NCBI GenBank assembly: GCA_029006015.1
Contig: JAQXFY010000003.1
Span: 1 to 61,334 of the forward strand
Direction: 5' to 3'
From: a bacterium
GTDB lineage: Bacteria; Bacillota; Clostridia; Christensenellales; SUG1161
Length of the DNA stretch: 61,334 nucleotides
Under the pieces are notes generated by a model that saw only the letters and a program-made list of their open reading frames with translations, searched no databases and was not told the DNA's origin. Position 1 is the first letter of the stretch. Every line of letters starts with the position of its first letter. The position numbers were made by a program, and so were the translations under genes. Below, piece by piece: positions 17,187-26,249 of the stretch.

Positions 17187-17561
17187 TCAGCCCTGCTGCA
17201 CGGGGCTGCCTTCCCCAGGCAGGTCCACGCGGTTGGCGCCATCAAACCACAGGCGCTCCAGATCGTAATAGGTGCGGTCCTCCCGCAAAAAGGCATGCAC
17301 CAGCACGCACCGGTAATCCAGGATACGCCAGCCCGATTCCCGTGTGCCCGTTACCCGCTCAACCACTTCCCCTTGCTGCGCCAATTCATCTTCCACGGCC
17401 TGGCAAACAGCCTCCAGCTGGGGCATGCTGCGCGCGGAGGCAATGACCAGATAATCGGCCATAACCGTCAGATGATCAACTTTTAGCACCACGATATCCA
17501 ATGCCTGCTTTTCCTGAAGGGCGCGGGCAGCGCTAAGGGCAATATCCTTGGACGAAAGCAT
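17187..17561 (-). CDS. rsfS: Ribosome silencing factor RsfS
   Basis: 124 aa. DIVVLKVDHLTVMADYLVIASARS...WRILDYRCVLVHAFLREDRTYYDLERLW is the typical RsfS/IojAP signature. Confidence 0.9.
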   Translation of the reverse strand: MLSSKDIALSAARALQEKQALDIVVLKVDHLTVMADYLVIASARSMPQLEAVCQAVEDELAQQGEVVERVTGTRESGWRILDYRCVLVHAFLREDRTYYDLERLWFDGANRVDLPGEGSPVQQG

Positions 17562-17582
17562 AGGGTTCCTCCTTTAATGGGG

Positions 17583-18155
17583 TTAGGCTTCCTGATCGGT
17601 GGAAGCGCGTTTTGCCGCATACTGATTCCAGGCGGCAATAATCATAGGATGTACCGGGTAACCATAACGCATGATGGCCGCTGTTTCATCGGCAATGGTC
17701 AAGCGCAGCCCGTTTAACAAATCGGCTTTGACGGCTTCCCTCAAGCGATCGATTCCGCGAAAGCTGCGGGTGGGTTCCAGCTTATCGGCCAGATAAATGA
17801 TGCAGCCCAGCTTATCCCAGCCCGGCTGTGCGGGGGCATGCATGGCAATGGCCGACAGCACCGGCCCATCGGTAATGCCAAAATGCTCCCTGGCAAAGAC
17901 CGCCCCGGCATGGGCATGCACCAGCTGGGGCCAATCCTCCAAATCGATGCCCTGCCATTTGGCGGCCAAGGCACGCTGCTGCTCCAGCGGCATGGGCTTG
18001 GCGCAATCGTGCAGCAGGCCGGCCACCGCCGCGCGGACGGGATCCACCCCGTACTGCTTGGCCAGCGCCACCGCATAGCTTTCCGCCCCCAGGCAATGCC
18101 GCAGCCGCTGCGGCTGTGTAGTGCGGATGTATTCAACCCATTCCGAGCGCTTCAT
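17583..18155 (-). CDS. yqeK: HD-domain bis(5'-nucleosyl)-tetraphosphatase YqeK
   Basis: 190 aa. RLRHCLGAESYAVALAKQYGVD and GLLHDCAK (HD motif). Conserved position after nadD. Confidence 0.88.
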   Translation of the reverse strand: MKRSEWVEYIRTTQPQRLRHCLGAESYAVALAKQYGVDPVRAAVAGLLHDCAKPMPLEQQRALAAKWQGIDLEDWPQLVHAHAGAVFAREHFGITDGPVLSAIAMHAPAQPGWDKLGCIIYLADKLEPTRSFRGIDRLREAVKADLLNGLRLTIADETAAIMRYGYPVHPMIIAAWNQYAAKRASTDQEA

Positions 18156-18161
18156 GCAAGA

Positions 18162-18788
18162 TCACTCCCTGTATAAACCGTGTTGCCGGATATAAGATGC
18201 CACTTTTTTGCCCACAAGGGGGGCCAAATCGCCACCCCCGGCAGCGGCCTGCCGGATGGCGGTGGAGGAAATATCCGGCCCTATAAAGGGCAGAAAGGAA
18301 ATATCCGCCCCATAACGCCCGTGCAGGCGCTCTGCTTCCCGGCAAAGCTCCTCCAGTGAACCCGCACCCGGGCGCACCGCCGCCGCAAAGCGCGTCAGGG
18401 TGGCAATTTCGTCAAAGCGCCACCAGGTAGGCAGCTCCCACACCGTATCGCCGCCGATCAGAAAGCAAACCTCCAGCTTGGGGCTGGCCGATTTGATCTG
18501 GCGCAGCGTATCCACGGTAAAGGTGGTACCGGGGCGTTCCACCTCCATGGCGCTGGGGTATAAGCCGCTTTGCTCCCGGCAGGCCAGGCGCACCATTTCC
18601 AGGCGGCAGGCAGCCGGGGCCAGCCCGTGGCGTTTATGGGGGGGATCGCCGGTTGGCATCAGCACAACGCCCTCCAGCCCCAGCCCCTCCAGCGCGGCGC
18701 GTGCCAGCGCCGTATGCCCCAGGTGCACCGGGTTAAAGGTGCCGCCCAACAAGCCGATGCGATGAAGGCCCTGCCAGCCCTCCGCCAC
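18162..18788 (-). CDS. nadD: Nicotinate-nucleotide adenylyltransferase
   Basis: IGLLGGTFNPVHLGHTALA (the (H/T)xGH motif). Start reset to GTG 18786-18788, 6 nt after GGAGGG. The ORF-track start at 18803 is a TTG inside the SD. Confidence 0.9.
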   Translation of the reverse strand: MAEGWQGLHRIGLLGGTFNPVHLGHTALARAALEGLGLEGVVLMPTGDPPHKRHGLAPAACRLEMVRLACREQSGLYPSAMEVERPGTTFTVDTLRQIKSASPKLEVCFLIGGDTVWELPTWWRFDEIATLTRFAAAVRPGAGSLEELCREAERLHGRYGADISFLPFIGPDISSTAIRQAAAGGGDLAPLVGKKVASYIRQHGLYRE

Positions 18789-18813
18789 AATGATCCCTCC
18801 CAAGGTTTTAAAA

Positions 18814-19677
18814 ATGCAATCGGGGTTACACTATACGCGGGTGATGATGATGCTTCCCAGTACCCTTCCCCCGGAGCTGCGCGGCCGCTACCTCAAACAG
18901 CGCGCCCTGCACATACGCGGCGGGCGAACCCTATCCGCTTTTATATTCGACCGCGCCATGGCACTGTTGGCCGCCTATGGCTTGGGCCAGGCCGCTTGCT
19001 GGTGGTTTGGCTACAACCCCGCCCTTAGCCGCGCCCTCAGGATCGTGCCCTTGCTGCTGGTTTTGGCCTATTTTGCGCTCAAGGGCGCCTACATGCGCAC
19101 CATTGGGGAAAACAAACGGCTGGAAGAAGCTTCCCGCCATTTTTTCCTGACCGGCCTGTGCCTCCGTGGCGAGGATGGCCGCTGGGCTGCGCTTTCTCCC
19201 TTGCTGGAGGCGATGGGCTACCATCCCCTTGGCCCCTGGCGCGTGGTGCACCAGGGCTGCACGCTGGAGGCCGCCTTTATCCCCGCCCTGCCGGGCGAGG
19301 CCGTAACCGGCGTGGACGCCCCACTCAGCCGCTGCCAGCTGCTCATTACAGCGGCCGGCTTTGATGCCGCGGTGTGCACGGCCGCGCACCTTCGCCGCAT
19401 CCACCTGGTGGATGGGCCGGCGCTTTCCGCTGCAGCAGCCCAGCTGCAAGTGTTGCCTAGCCCGCTGCGCACCGTGGTGGCCACCCTGGATGGAGAGCCA
19501 AAGCCCACCCGCAGCCGAGCCGCGGCCAGCGCAAGGCAGCTATACCTGTGCGGCGCCCTTTTGCTGGGGTGCGCCCCCTTTTGCCGCATGACGGCCATGT
19601 GGCTATTGTGCGGGGCAGCCGCCATCGCCATCGGCCTGTTTATCACCCTGCGCCGTCAGCGCGCAGCCAAGGCATAA
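18814..19677 (+). CDS. Hypothetical membrane protein (about 287 aa; start uncertain)
   Basis: The only plausible frame here; the antisense frames are junk. It has hydrophobic helices near both ends (AMALLAAYGLGQAACWWF, RIVPLLLVLAYFALKGAY, LYLCGALLLGCAPF, MWLLCGAAAIAIGLFITL). The 3' end overlaps the rbsK stop by 22 nt. Confidence 0.55.
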   Translation: MQSGLHYTRVMMMLPSTLPPELRGRYLKQRALHIRGGRTLSAFIFDRAMALLAAYGLGQAACWWFGYNPALSRALRIVPLLLVLAYFALKGAYMRTIGENKRLEEASRHFFLTGLCLRGEDGRWAALSPLLEAMGYHPLGPWRVVHQGCTLEAAFIPALPGEAVTGVDAPLSRCQLLITAAGFDAAVCTAAHLRRIHLVDGPALSAAAAQLQVLPSPLRTVVATLDGEPKPTRSRAAASARQLYLCGALLLGCAPFCRMTAMWLLCGAAAIAIGLFITLRRQRAAKA

Positions 19678-20576
19678 ACCTGCGCGGCGGTGGGCAGGGC
19701 AGGCTGGGCGCCGTGGCGGGTAGCCGTCAGCGCGCCCGCGGCGTTGCCGATGCGCACGGCTTCATCCCAGTTTTTCCCGGATACCTTGGCGCAAACAAAT
19801 GCGGCGCCAAAAGCATCGCCCGCAGCCGTGGGGTCCACCGCATCCACCCGGAAGGGTGCAATCATATGCCCATGCCCTTCCCGATACAGATACGCCCCGC
19901 GCTCCCCCAGTTTAAGCAGCACCGCGCCGACGTTGCCGCCTGCCATCAGCGCCTGCGCCGCCCGGCGCGCCGCCTCCTCATCGCCCGGCCAAATGCCGCA
20001 AAGCGCCTGGGTTTCGCTTTCGTTGGGCGACAGCACGTCGATCGGCCCCAGGCTGCCTACATCCAGCCTCATGGCGGGCCCGGCATCCAGCAGGGACAAA
20101 ACGCCCTTTTCCCTGGCCCAGGTCAGCACATGCCGGACGGTTTCCAGCGGGATTTCCAGCTGCATGACCACCGCGTCATAGGGGCCATCCTCCAGCGCGC
20201 CTGCGATATCCGCACAACCCAAGGTGGCGTTGGCACCCGGGAATACCAAAATGCGGTTTTGCCCATCGGCCTCCACCGGGATGACGGCCAGGCCGGTAGC
20301 CTCCCCCTGGGCGCGCAGCACATGGCCGGTATCCACGCCAAGGCCCCGGAGGGATTGCAGCAGGGCATCCCCCTCGCCATCGCACCCCACCTTGCCGGCA
20401 AAGACAGCCTGCGCCCCCATGCGGGCGCAAGCAGCCGCCGCATTGGCGCCTTTTCCGCCCGGCGCACGGCAAACGCCTGTGCCCAATGCGCTTTCGCCCG
20501 GCCCGGGAACCCGGGGAATCTGCAAAAGCAGATCCATATTGGCGCTGCCTACAATCAGGATGCGTGGCGCTGGCAT
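19656..20576 (-). CDS. rbsK: Ribokinase (PfkB family)
   Basis: Start reset to ATG 20576 (AAGGGGG upstream). Motifs ILIVGSANMDL, APGGKGANAA, LSPNESE, DPTAAGDAFGAAF. Confidence 0.88.
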   Translation of the reverse strand: MPAPRILIVGSANMDLLLQIPRVPGPGESALGTGVCRAPGGKGANAAAACARMGAQAVFAGKVGCDGEGDALLQSLRGLGVDTGHVLRAQGEATGLAVIPVEADGQNRILVFPGANATLGCADIAGALEDGPYDAVVMQLEIPLETVRHVLTWAREKGVLSLLDAGPAMRLDVGSLGPIDVLSPNESETQALCGIWPGDEEAARRAAQALMAGGNVGAVLLKLGERGAYLYREGHGHMIAPFRVDAVDPTAAGDAFGAAFVCAKVSGKNWDEAVRIGNAAGALTATRHGAQPALPTAAQVYALAAR

Positions 20577-20589
20577 GGCACGGCCCCCT

Positions 20590-20901
20590 TTAAAGCTCGA
20601 TAACAGGCTGCTCCGGATTGGGGCGGTACAGCGTGCATTTAAAGCCGATGGATTGCACGGGGCTGGCGCCCGTCGCCTGGCACAGGGCCTCAAGCGCCTG
20701 CGCCGCGGACATATCCGCGGTTTTAAGCACGGTAATTTTAACGATTTCCCGCGCCGTCAGGGCCTGATCCACCTGGGCGATAAAAGCCGGCGTAATGCCG
20801 CCCTTTCCCAGCTGAAAGATGGGCTGTATGGTCTGCGCCATGGCGCGCAGCTTGGCCCGTTGGCTGCTGGTCAGCACATCATTCGATAAAGTCAAAGGCA
20901 A
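20590..20901 (-). CDS. yhbY: YhbY/CRS1-type RNA-binding protein
   Basis: LTSSQRAKLRAMAQTIQPIFQLGKGGITPAFIAQVDQALTAREIVKI is the typical CRM domain. The start is TTG 20901 or, with better SD spacing, TTG 20893-20895. It overlaps the obg stop. Confidence 0.85.
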   Translation of the reverse strand: MPLTLSNDVLTSSQRAKLRAMAQTIQPIFQLGKGGITPAFIAQVDQALTAREIVKITVLKTADMSAAQALEALCQATGASPVQSIGFKCTLYRPNPEQPVIEL

Positions 20902-22144
20902 TTCCCCCTACCTCTACGGTATCCCCATCGGCCACGCCATAATCCCTCAGGGCCTGAATGATGCCCTTATCGCGCAGCACACGTTGGAAATAATTAAACG
21001 AATCGAAATCCTCCATATTGACGGAGGACACCAGCCGGTCGATCATCGGCCCCTCGACGCAGACAACCCCATCTTCCTCGCTTGTGAAAATTTCGTACGG
21101 GGCGCCTTCTTGCTCGATCAGGGTGGTTTCCGCGCGGATAGGCTGTTGCGGCGGCATTTTGGATAACTTTTCGGCGCATACCTCCAGCACGCGCCGCACG
21201 CCCTCGCCCGTTGCGGCCGAAATGGGATATACCGCAATCCCGCGCTTTTGCATTTCCTCGACAAACAGTTCCAGGTACGCCTGGCCATCGGGCAGATCGG
21301 TTTTGTTGGCCACCACCAGCTGCTCGCGCTGGGCCAGTTCCTGGCTGTATTGCGCCAACTCCCGGTTGATGGTATCAAAATCCTCAATGGGATCGCGCCC
21401 ATCCTGCCCCGCCACATCGACGATATGCAAAAGCAGGCGCGTGCGCTCGACATGGCGCAGGAAGTCATGCCCCAGGCCCACGCCCTGGCTTGCGCCCTCA
21501 ATCAAACCGGGAATATCGGCCAGGGCAAAGGAAAAACCGCCGATATCCGCCATGCCCAGGTTGGGATGCAGCGTGGTAAACGGATAGCCCGCTATTTTGG
21601 GGTTGGCGCGGGTAGCGGCAGCCAGAAAGGTGGATTTGCCCGCATTGGGAAAGCCGACCAAGCCGACATCGGCCAGGGTTTTAAGCTCCAACACAACGGT
21701 AAAGGGCTGGCACTTGCCGCCCGGCTTGGCAAAGGCCGGGGTACGCCGCGTGGGCGTTGCAAAGTGGGCGTTTCCATAGCCCCCCTGCCCGCCTTTTAAC
21801 ACAAGGGTGCGCTGGCCATGGGTCATCAGATCGGCCACCACCTGGCCATCCAATGTTTTAACCAGCGTACCCGGCGGCACACGGATGATGCAATCCTGCC
21901 CATCCGCGCCATAGCGGTTGTTCTTGCTGCCCGGCTGGCCGTTCTGGGCCGCGTATTTACGGCGGTAATGGAAATCCATCAGCGTGCGCAGGCTTTCATC
22001 GGCCTCAAAGATGACATCGCCCCCGCGGCCGCCATCCCCGCCATCGGGGCCGCCGCGTGCGACATATTTTTCCCGCCTGAAGGACAGCCCGCCCGCGCCG
22101 CCATCCCCTGCTTTAATTTCGATCTGAACGCGATCTACAAACAC
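20879..22144 (-). CDS. obg: GTPase Obg/CgtA
   Basis: GTG start. MFVDRVQIEIKAGDGGAGGLSFRREKYVARGGPDGGDGGRGGDV Obg fold, G1 GFPNAGKST, G3 DIPGLIEGA, and a C-terminal OCT domain. Confidence 0.95.
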   Translation of the reverse strand: MFVDRVQIEIKAGDGGAGGLSFRREKYVARGGPDGGDGGRGGDVIFEADESLRTLMDFHYRRKYAAQNGQPGSKNNRYGADGQDCIIRVPPGTLVKTLDGQVVADLMTHGQRTLVLKGGQGGYGNAHFATPTRRTPAFAKPGGKCQPFTVVLELKTLADVGLVGFPNAGKSTFLAAATRANPKIAGYPFTTLHPNLGMADIGGFSFALADIPGLIEGASQGVGLGHDFLRHVERTRLLLHIVDVAGQDGRDPIEDFDTINRELAQYSQELAQREQLVVANKTDLPDGQAYLELFVEEMQKRGIAVYPISAATGEGVRRVLEVCAEKLSKMPPQQPIRAETTLIEQEGAPYEIFTSEEDGVVCVEGPMIDRLVSSVNMEDFDSFNYFQRVLRDKGIIQALRDYGVADGDTVEVGGIAFDFIE

Positions 22145-22299
22145 GTTTATCCCTTTCCTGCTTTGCGCATTACCAAAGCCCTTATATTAGGATCCTCTTT
22201 CACCGGGCTGCCGGCACGGCTGCAACATGCCCGATGCCCTTACCATGCCGGCACGATTGCCATGCCGCAAGGTTTTGTATATTATAGCATACCCGCCCA

Positions 22300-22953
22300 T
22301 CACAAGGCGGCATCATCCTGCTGGCGCTGGGCCAGGGCATAATCGCAGATATCATAAAGCACACATGCCTGGCAGCTGGGGCGCTGGGCACGGCACACGC
22401 GCCTGCCGTGCAGCAAAATCCAATGATGCGCGGCCGACCAATCGGCTTTGGGGATAACCTCCATCAGCTGTTGTTCGGTTTTAAGCACATCCTTGGCATG
22501 CGCCAGGCCAATGCGGTTGGACACGCGAAACACATGGGTATCCACCGCGATGGCATCTCCCCCAAAGGCATTGGCATATACCACATTGGCGGTTTTGCGG
22601 CCGACGCCGGGCAGGGTTTGCAAATCCTCCAGATTGCCGGGCACCTGGCCGCCGTAAACTTCCATAATGCGCCGGCAGGCTGCCACCAGATGCTCCGCCT
22701 TAAGGCGGTATACCCCGCAGCTTTTGACGTAGGGAATAAGTTCCTCCACCGTGGCGGCGGCCATATCCGCCGGGGTGGGATATTTGGCAAACAGCGCCGG
22801 GGTGATTTTATTTACCTGTTTATCCGTACACTGGGCAGCCAGCACCGTGGATACCATGCATTGATACGGCGATACAAATTCAAGCTCCGGCTTGGCATCC
22901 GGATACAGCGCAGCCAGGCGCTTGAGAGCCTCCTGTTGCCACTGGGCTTGCAT
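22300..22953 (-). CDS. nth: Endonuclease III (DNA glycosylase/AP lyase)
   Basis: Start reset to ATG 22953 (AAGGGG 7 nt upstream). HhH-GPD LPGVGRKTANVV, catalytic region AVDTHVFRV, Fe-S cluster CRAQRPSCQACVLYDIC. Confidence 0.92.
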   Translation of the reverse strand: MQAQWQQEALKRLAALYPDAKPELEFVSPYQCMVSTVLAAQCTDKQVNKITPALFAKYPTPADMAAATVEELIPYVKSCGVYRLKAEHLVAACRRIMEVYGGQVPGNLEDLQTLPGVGRKTANVVYANAFGGDAIAVDTHVFRVSNRIGLAHAKDVLKTEQQLMEVIPKADWSAAHHWILLHGRRVCRAQRPSCQACVLYDICDYALAQRQQDDAAL

Positions 22954-23240
22954 AAAGCCACCCCTTTCCCGCATTTGACGCTTTCTCGGCCCATCCAGCC
23001 GGCAAAGAAACTTTTTCCCAAACGGGCTTTTAAGCACCATACAAACATGCGCTTCCTACGATATTATAACACATCTTATGGCATGCGCGAAAAGCCGGGT
23101 GCCCCGGTTTTGCCCGCACGCATGGGCCGGCAGTAAGCTTCCCCCCACCTTTTTACCATCCGCCCCATCCGCATGCCATCATGCCGCCATGCTGCCGGCT
23201 CTGGCCGTTTTTTGGGCCCGTTGTTCCCGTAAGGATAGCT

Positions 23241-23276
23241 AAAAAGGGCAGCGGGAAGCCCCTGCCCCCGCTGCCC
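23241..23276 (-). terminator. Intrinsic terminator after the DUF3343 gene
   Basis: GGGCAGCGGG-(11 nt)-CCCGCTGCCC, followed by TTTTT on the minus strand. Confidence 0.8.
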
Positions 23277-23291
23277 CTATCGGCGCCGCCC

Positions 23292-23546
23292 CTATACGCC
23301 ATGGATACCGCCCTGTGCATCGTAGTAAAACACGCCGCTGATGCCCTGGGCCATGCCCTGGGCGCGAAAAATCTGCATGGCCTGCCCGGTGCGGTCAGCC
23401 GGATATATAACGGCCAGATCGCACGGCAATCCGGTTTCGGGGGGCGTCTGGATGACATGGGCGCCAATGCCTGCGTGCTGGAGCAGGCTTTCCGCACGGA
23501 TGGCATGCTGGCGCGAACGGAATACCGCCAAATAATCTTTTGGCAT
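23292..23546 (-). CDS. DUF3343-family (putative Se/S carrier-like) small protein
   Basis: Start reset to ATG 23546 (AAGGAGGG upstream). YLAVFRSRQHAIRAESLLQHAGIGAHVIQTPPE...CDLAV is the family pattern. It is divergent from a cysteine desulfurase gene, a common pairing. Confidence 0.75.
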   Translation of the reverse strand: MPKDYLAVFRSRQHAIRAESLLQHAGIGAHVIQTPPETGLPCDLAVIYPADRTGQAMQIFRAQGMAQGISGVFYYDAQGGIHGV

Positions 23547-23632
23547 GTGGGAACCCTCCTTTAGCGGATACACCCATCGCTGGGGTTATCCATAGACTAT
23601 TTGTATGAGGAAATACCAAGGAGGGACCCCCT

Positions 23633-24766
23633 ATGATCTATCTGGATAACGCCGCCACCGCCTTCCCCAAAGCCCCCGGCGTAGGGCGTGCCATGGCCCG
23701 TGCCTGCATGGCCGGCTATGGCAACCCGGGCCGCGGCGGGCACCGCGCCGCCCTGGCAGCCGACCGCGCCCTGTTTGCCGTGCGCGAACAGGCCTGCGCC
23801 TTTTTCGGCGGGGACGATCCCAATACCCTTATCCTGACGCCGGGCTGTACCGCCGCACTCAATATCGCCATCCTGGGCCTGCCGCTGGCCGGCAGCCATG
23901 TCATCACCACCGCGTTGGAGCACAACAGTATCCTGCGTCCGCTGGAATACCTGCGCCGGCAGGGCAAAATCCAGGTAACCATCCTGCGGCCGGATGCCAC
24001 GCAGCACATCACGCCGGATATGGTATCCCGGGCTTTTCGCCCCAATACCCGCCTGGTGGCCATGGCGCACGCTTCCAATGTGGTGGGCACCGTGCAGCCG
24101 GTGGAGGAAATCGCCCGCCGCTGCCGTGCGCGGGGCATCTGGTTTTTGCTGGATGCCGCCCAAAGCGCAGGGCATATCCGCTATCGCCTGGCCGGGCAGC
24201 CCTTTGACCTTGTCGCTTTCCCGGGGCACAAGGGATTAATGGGCCCCATGGGCATCGGCGGGCTGTATACCGCGCCAGGCGTGCCGTTGGAAGCCGTCAT
24301 CCGCGGCGGCACGGGCGCCAACTCGTTGGATCTATATCCCCCGACCGATCTTCCGGAAGCGCTGGAAGCGGGCACGCCCAACCTGCCCGGCATCCTGGGG
24401 CTGGGGGAGGCCCTGGCGTTTGTGGATAAAAACCAGCGCATGCTGTCGCAAAATAGCATGCACCGGGCGCGGGATCTGGCAGAGGGTATCCCAAACATAC
24501 CGGGCTTTTCCGTCCTGGCACAGCCGGAAGTGCCCGTCATCTGCGTTTGCCACCGCAAGCTGACCCCGCAGCAGCTATCGCAGGCCTTAAACGATGCGGG
24601 CATCTGCGCACGGGCAGGGCTGCATTGCGCCCCCCTCATCCACGAACACCTGGGCCTGGCCCAAACGGGCACCCTGCGCCTGAGCCCGGGCGGTTTTACC
24701 ACAAGGGCGCAATGCCAGCGTGCTTTATCGGTTTTATGGCGCGCGGATAAACAAGCCCCCCGGTAA
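23633..24766 (+). CDS. Class V aminotransferase, cysteine desulfurase family
   Basis: IYLDNAATAFP, HASNVVGTVQP, and the PLP-lysine region FPGHKGLMGPMGIGGLY. SD is AAGGAGGG. Confidence 0.88.
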   Translation: MIYLDNAATAFPKAPGVGRAMARACMAGYGNPGRGGHRAALAADRALFAVREQACAFFGGDDPNTLILTPGCTAALNIAILGLPLAGSHVITTALEHNSILRPLEYLRRQGKIQVTILRPDATQHITPDMVSRAFRPNTRLVAMAHASNVVGTVQPVEEIARRCRARGIWFLLDAAQSAGHIRYRLAGQPFDLVAFPGHKGLMGPMGIGGLYTAPGVPLEAVIRGGTGANSLDLYPPTDLPEALEAGTPNLPGILGLGEALAFVDKNQRMLSQNSMHRARDLAEGIPNIPGFSVLAQPEVPVICVCHRKLTPQQLSQALNDAGICARAGLHCAPLIHEHLGLAQTGTLRLSPGGFTTRAQCQRALSVLWRADKQAPR

Positions 24767-24787
24767 ACCGAGGGGCTCCGCTTGCCC

Positions 24788-25315
24788 TTACAGGCCAAGG
24801 CGCTGCATAATCTCGCGCATTTTTTGTGCGCCGGCCGGATCCAGCATGGGCAGCAGCTGCTCCATCTCCCGGCGGACCCGGGCCGCATCCAATGTGCCCG
24901 CGGCGCGCTGCTCGCCCGCTGCCCGGTTCAATTCCGCCATCCATTCCTCCTGGGAGCGGTTTTGCAGGCTGGCCGCCAGGCGCGACAGGTTTTGCATCAT
25001 CTCGGGCGTCAGGTTGGGCATGCCGCCCCCCATGCCGCCCATGGCCCCCATCGGGTTATACCCGCCGTTCATGCCCCCCATCATACCTTGCGGCCACGCG
25101 GCTGGCATTCCGCCCTGTTGGCCCATAAGCGCCTGCAGCAGCATGGGGTTGATTCCGCTCCCCTGCTGCCCCCCGCCCTGGGCGGCCAGAAGCGCCTGCA
25201 GCAGCATGGGATTGATGCCGCCCCCGCCCGATTGCTGCCCTGCGCCCGGCGAAGCGCCGGCATGCCCCGTATTCTGCGGTTTGGGTTCATGGTTATCATG
25301 CACCTGATCGTCCAT
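24788..25315 (-). CDS. Gly/Gln/Met-rich low-complexity protein with an internal 21-aa repeat, unknown function
   Basis: Start reset to ATG 25315 (GAAAGGGGA 7 nt upstream). GINPMLLQAL occurs twice, from DNA repeats at 25128-25156 and 25190-25218 that are 63 nt apart. There is a helical C-terminal domain. Confidence 0.6.
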   Translation of the reverse strand: MDDQVHDNHEPKPQNTGHAGASPGAGQQSGGGGINPMLLQALLAAQGGGQQGSGINPMLLQALMGQQGGMPAAWPQGMMGGMNGGYNPMGAMGGMGGGMPNLTPEMMQNLSRLAASLQNRSQEEWMAELNRAAGEQRAAGTLDAARVRREMEQLLPMLDPAGAQKMREIMQRLGL

Positions 25316-25388
25316 AGCACCGTCCCCTTTCACTCGTTTTGGCATTGTATGCTGGGCATAAACCCATTCAATACAGGAGGCAACCGAT

Positions 25389-25793
25389 ATGGCCGAAGCA
25401 TGCAACTGTCGCTACCTGGCGCAGCTGTCCCGTCTGCTGATCAACGCAGCCCCTTTGATGTGCGACGAGCATGACGATTTCCGCCGCTCCCGCGTGGTGC
25501 AGACGGTAGAAGCGCTCAATGCGCTGATCACCTTAAAACGCTTTGCCTGCGGGTGCGCCACGGTATCCCCCTATCCGCTTTACTATGACCGCTGCGCCCG
25601 TTTTTTCCGCGTAACCAGCCAGTGCTATCCGGAATCGGAGGACATGAAACTGATGCGCCTGGCCGCCGAGGCGCAAAGCCATTACCAAAGCATGGTTCAT
25701 TTAATAGACGAAATAGAAAAGCTGCAAAACCGGCAAAAAGAAAACCGCCCGCCAGAACACGTCCCCCAAAAAGGGGAATCCAAATCAAGCTAA
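25389..25793 (+). CDS. Hypothetical Cys-containing protein (134 aa)
   Basis: AGGAGG 8 nt upstream of the ATG. I recognise no family. It is divergent from the 24788 gene, with only 73 nt between the two starts. Confidence 0.6.
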   Translation: MAEACNCRYLAQLSRLLINAAPLMCDEHDDFRRSRVVQTVEALNALITLKRFACGCATVSPYPLYYDRCARFFRVTSQCYPESEDMKLMRLAAEAQSHYQSMVHLIDEIEKLQNRQKENRPPEHVPQKGESKSS

Positions 25794-25954
25794 AAGCGCC
25801 AACTTCCCTCGCGCCAGGCGATGGCAGGCTGCAAGGCACGTTTCGCAGGAGCGCTGCTTTGCAGATAAAAGCCACCCGAACGGCCTTTTTTAAAGGGTGC
25901 AAGCGCGCCGCACATAAAAGCAGCCCGGCAGCGCAAGGTGGCTATAAAACAGCA

Positions 25955-25993
25955 AACCCTCCATATGGTTATCATCCATACGGAGGGTTTTTT
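25955..25993 (+). terminator. Intrinsic terminator
   Basis: AACCCTCCATATGG-ttatcat-CCATACGGAGGGTT followed by TTTTT, about 160 nt after the 25793 stop. Confidence 0.75.
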
Positions 25994-26249
25994 ATGCCCC
26001 CATTTCAGGCTTTCCAGCGGCGAACGGTTGGTCAAGCCCGAAGGCTGGCGGAACATCCACGGGGATAGCCGCTTTACCGGCACAAAGGGCGATGGCTACC
26101 TTGCACCGAAGCAGCGATGCTGACTTTAAGTTCTATCCATGTTCTTTTGCCAGAGCCGCAGCGGTATGCCGCCGCAGCCCCATACGGTTTGATGCGTTAT
26201 TCCATACCGCCAGCCGCGGTTACATGTAAATCCAACGGGCGGGCTTTGT

